A stretch of DNA of 32,000 bases from Alkalilimnicola ehrlichii MLHE-1 (GTDB taxonomy: Bacteria; Pseudomonadota; Gammaproteobacteria; Nitrococcales; Halorhodospiraceae): assembly GCF_000014785.1 (NCBI RefSeq), contig NC_008340.1:720001-752000 (forward strand). The letters run 5' to 3'. The translations under genes and the position numbers were made by a program. This document shows, piece after piece, positions 28,862 to 32,000 of the stretch (position 1 is its first letter; each line of letters starts with the position of its first letter). The notes beneath the pieces were generated by a model. It saw nothing but the letters and a program-made list of their open reading frames with translations, searched no databases and was not told the origin of the DNA.

Positions 28862-29299
28862 ATGTCCCGTTATTGGGTCGTCGCGGCGGACGCCAGCTAT
28901 GCCCGGATCTTCGCCCGGGATAAGAAATTCAGCCCACTGGTGGAGGTGGAGACCCTGGCCCACCCCGAGTCGCGGCTGCACCGCCAGGACTTGGCCAGTG
29001 ACAAGCCGGGCCGGCTGTTCGAGTCCTACGCCTCCAGCCGTAGCGAGGCGGAGGAGCCCACCGATCCCAAGGTGCGCGAGGCGCAGGCGTTTGCCCGGCA
29101 GGTGGCCGAGACCCTGGAGGTCGGGCGTAACCAGGGGAAGTTTCAGGAATTGATTATTGTGGCGGACCCGAAGTTCCTCGGATTGCTGCGTAAGGCCCTG
29201 GATGCTGAGACCCGGGGGAAGGTCGTCCACGCGGTGGACAAGAACCTCGCCCGGGAATCCGTGGAGGTCATCACTCACACCGTGGACGAGATGCTCTGA
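28862..29299 (+). CDS. Host-attachment-like protein
   Basis: MSRYWVVAADASYARIFARDKKFSPLVEVETLAHPESRLHRQDLASDKPGRLFESYAS...FARQVAETLEVGRNQGKFQELIIVADPKFLGLLRKALDAETRGKVVHAVDKNLARESVEVI. Start taken at MSRYW (28862), preceded by AGGAGG. Confidence 0.8.
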   Translation: MSRYWVVAADASYARIFARDKKFSPLVEVETLAHPESRLHRQDLASDKPGRLFESYASSRSEAEEPTDPKVREAQAFARQVAETLEVGRNQGKFQELIIVADPKFLGLLRKALDAETRGKVVHAVDKNLARESVEVITHTVDEML

Positions 29300-29326
29300 G
29301 GCCCCCGGGGCGGGGCAGCGGGGGCC

Positions 29327-29716
29327 TTAGGCCAGCTCCACCTTCGGCGCCGGTGCCCAGCCCGGTTTGCGGTGCTCCGCCACCACCGTGGTATAGATCC
29401 CCCCCCGCACGTAAAACTCGGCGGTGACCTTCATGTACCGGGGCTCGGTGGCCCGCACCAGGTCATCGAGGATCTCGTTGGTGATGGCCTCGTGGAAGGC
29501 GCCCTGGTCGCGGAACGACCACATGTAAAGCTTGAGCGACTTCAGCTCCACGCAGCGCTCGTCCGGCACATAATCCAGGTGGATAGTGGCGAAGTCCGGT
29601 TGCCCGGTCTTGGGACAAAGGCAGGTAAACTCCGGGATACGCATGTGCAGCACGAAATCCCGCTCCGGACGGGGGTTGGGAAAGGTCTCCAGGTCTTTGC
29701 TGGGCTGAGTGCTCAT
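29327..29716 (-). CDS. queF: NADPH-dependent 7-cyano-7-deazaguanine reductase (short type)
   Basis: 129 aa from the ATG at 29716: [57 protein letters not shown]. Confidence 0.92.
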   Translation of the reverse strand: MSTQPSKDLETFPNPRPERDFVLHMRIPEFTCLCPKTGQPDFATIHLDYVPDERCVELKSLKLYMWSFRDQGAFHEAITNEILDDLVRATEPRYMKVTAEFYVRGGIYTTVVAEHRKPGWAPAPKVELA

Positions 29717-29901
29717 GGGGGCAAGGGCCTCCTGTTCAGACGGCAATCGCGGACTATAATGGGCCGCTATTGTACCGGCTCCGCGGCCGTGAGGCCGCCC
29801 CGGATGACCCGATTTGTACAGGCCCGGCCCGCCCGACGCCGGCTCTGCTGCATCTCTCAGGCACCCGACACGCCCCGGATCCCGATGGGCCAAAGCGCCA
29901 A

Positions 29902-32000
29902 ATGCGACTGAAGAAGATCAAGCTCTCCGGCTTCAAGTCCTTCGTCGACCCGACCCAGGTGGCCATGCCCGGCGACCTGGTGGCGGTGGTGGGACCTAAC
30001 GGCTGCGGCAAATCCAATATCATCGACGCGGTGCGCTGGGTGATGGGTGAGAGCTCCGCCCGCCACCTGCGCGGCCAGTCCATGGCCGACGTCATCTTCA
30101 ACGGATCGACCGCCCGCAAACCGGTCAGCCACGCCTCGGTGGAGCTGGTGTTCGACAACAGCGATGGCCGCCTGGGCGGGCAGTACGCCCAGTACGGCGA
30201 GATCGCCGTGCGCCGCCAGGTCAACCGCGAGGGGCAATCGCAGTATTTCCTCAACGGCACCCGCTGCCGGCGTAAGGACATCACCGACGTCTTTCTGGGC
30301 ACTGGGCTGGGGCCGCGCGGCTACACCATCATCGAGCAGGGCATGATCTCGCGGGTGATCGAGGCCCGGCCCGAGGAGCTGCGCGTCTATCTGGAGGAGG
30401 CCGCCGGCATCTCCATCTACAAGGAGCGCCGGCGGGAGACCGAGCGGCGTATCCGCGATACCCGCGAGAATCTGGAACGGCTGGAGGACGTGCGCGAGGA
30501 GGTGCGCCGCCAGTTGGAGAAGCTGCGCCGCCAGGCCGAGGTGGCCCGCCGCTACCGGGAGCTGAAACAGGCGGAGCGGGATACCCGGGCCGAATTGATC
30601 ACCCTGCGCCAGGCCAGCCTCAAGGCGCAGCTCGAGGAACAGGAGGCGGTGATCGCCGCCAAGGTCAATGCCCGCGAGTTCGCCCTGGCCACCCAGCGTC
30701 AGGCCGAGCGGGAGATCGAGGCCATCCGCGCCACCCAGGGCGAGGCCGGCGACCGGCTGAACGCCATTCAGGCCGACTATTACGGCGTGGGCAGCGAGAT
30801 CGCCCGCATCGAGCAGCAGATCAGCCACCGCCGCGAACTGCGCGACAAGCAGTTGCGGGAGCTGCGTGACAGCGAGGGGGAGGTGCAGGCGCTGGAGCGC
30901 GGTCTGGAGGAGGACCGGGAGAAGCTGGCGCTGCTGGAGGAGCGCCTGGAGGCCCTGCAGCCGGAGCAGGAGGAGCAGGCCCAGTCGGAGGCCTTCGCCC
31001 AGGAGGCGCTGGATGACGCCCGCGACCGGCTGGAGGCCTGGCGCGAGGCCCGCGAGGGCTTTCAGCGCGAGCGGGCCGAGGCCGAGCGTGCCGAGCAGGT
31101 GGAGAAGGTGCGGGTGGAGGGGCTGGAGCGCCGCGCCGACGAACTGGCGCGTCGCCTGGAGCGGTTGGAGGTCGAGTACGAGGCCGAGGACCTGTATGCC
31201 CTGGAACAGGCCATCGGCGACCTGGAGGCGGAGGAGACTGAGCTGGCCGAAGAACTGGCCGGGATGGACGAGGCCCAGGCCGATGTGGCCGAGCGACTGG
31301 AGAGCGACCGGGCCCAGGCGACCGAGCTGGCGGACAAGCTGGAGGCGCTGCGCGGCGAGCTGCATCAGCAGCGCGCCCGCCTCGCCTCGCTGGAGACCCT
31401 GCAGCAGTCGGCGCTGGGTGAGGACGGGGGGCCGCTGGAGGACTGGCTGAGTGCCCGGGAATGGCAGCAGCGCCCGCGCCTGGCCCAGCAGCTGGTTGTC
31501 ACCCCCGGCTGGGAGCGCGCGGTGGAGACCGTGTTGGCCGAGGGGCTGCAGGCGGTGTGCGTGCGCCCCGAGGAGCTGGAGGGCGCCGCCCGGGAGTTGC
31601 CGGAGCAGGGCGATCTCACCCTGGTCAGTGCCGGCGCGGTCGCTTCAGGCGGTGCTGGCGGCGGCGACTGGCTCGCCGACCAGGTGCGGGACGACGGCCG
31701 CACCGCCGCGCTGTTGGCCGGGATCCGCTGTGCCGATGACCTGCCCACCGCCCTGGCACGCCGTGGCGAACTGGCCGCGGGTGAATCCTTCATTACCCCG
31801 GACGGTGTCTGGCTGGGCGCCAACTGGCTCCGCCTGCGAGCCGGCGACGACGCCGAGCGGGGGGTGATCGCCCGTGAGCGGGAGATCCACCAGCTCCGCG
31901 ACCGGGTGGCCGAGGGCGAGGCGCGGCTGGTGGAACGGGAGGAGGCGCAGGACCGCTTGCGGCAGGCCGTCCGCAGCCTGGAGGAGGAGCGCGAGGCGCT
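29902..32000 (+). CDS. smc: Chromosome segregation protein SMC (N-terminal part, continues past the window)
   Basis: [59 protein letters not shown]...[46 protein letters not shown], then long coiled coil. Read directly from the sequence. It is absent from the ORF track because it has no stop in the window. Confidence 0.97.
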   Translation, partial: MRLKKIKLSGFKSFVDPTQVAMPGDLVAVVGPNGCGKSNIIDAVRWVMGESSARHLRGQSMADVIFNGSTARKPVSHASVELVFDNSDGRLGGQYAQYGEIAVRRQVNREGQSQYFLNGTRCRRKDITDVFLGTGLGPRGYTIIEQGMISRVIEARPEELRVYLEEAAGISIYKERRRETERRIRDTRENLERLEDVREEVRRQLEKLRRQAEVARRYRELKQAERDTRAELITLRQASLKAQLEEQEAVIAAKVNAREFALATQRQAEREIEAIRATQGEAGDRLNAIQADYYGVGSEIARIEQQISHRRELRDKQLRELRDSEGEVQALERGLEEDREKLALLEERLEALQPEQEEQAQSEAFAQEALDDARDRLEAWREAREGFQRERAEAERAEQVEKVRVEGLERRADELARRLERLEVEYEAEDLYALEQAIGDLEAEETELAEELAGMDEAQADVAERLESDRAQATELADKLEALRGELHQQRARLASLETLQQSALGEDGGPLEDWLSAREWQQRPRLAQQLVVTPGWERAVETVLAEGLQAVCVRPEELEGAARELPEQGDLTLVSAGAVASGGAGGGDWLADQVRDDGRTAALLAGIRCADDLPTALARRGELAAGESFITPDGVWLGANWLRLRAGDDAERGVIAREREIHQLRDRVAEGEARLVEREEAQDRLRQAVRSLEEEREA

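Overview
The window is a GC-rich, densely coded gammaproteobacterial chromosome segment. The style suggests an Ectothiorhodospiraceae-like genome, but that is inference from gene content. From left to right it contains: (i) a truncated cation/H+ antiporter N-terminus; (ii) a plus-strand cluster of PII-like protein, duplicated-domain DUF1538 membrane protein, second PII-like protein, paired-CBS protein and a SAM methyltransferase; (iii) a 7-unit tandem array of a 74/76-bp palindromic element with a fixed 18-bp spacer; (iv) a DegT-family aminotransferase and an NAD-type isocitrate dehydrogenase, separated by a nested hairpin; (v) a minus-strand signalling run (cNMP/CBS/DUF294 protein, single-domain response regulator, membrane PAS/kinase-like protein fused to a DnaQ-type exonuclease, small membrane protein, SSS-type histidine kinase, PAS-GGDEF-EAL protein), divergent from an SSS symporter plus TPR protein; (vi) a second run of small membrane protein, SSS-histidine kinase, NtrC-type sigma-54 activator and acetyl-CoA synthetase with a clear terminator; (vii) gluQRS, a host-attachment-like protein, queF and the 5' part of smc. 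There is no phage, transposase, CRISPR, rRNA or tRNA that I can support. The strongest candidates for a second look are the twin PII-like/DUF1538/CBS cluster, the two SSS-histidine kinases each overlapping a tiny membrane protein gene, the kinase-like/exonuclease fusion, and the mosaic palindrome array.
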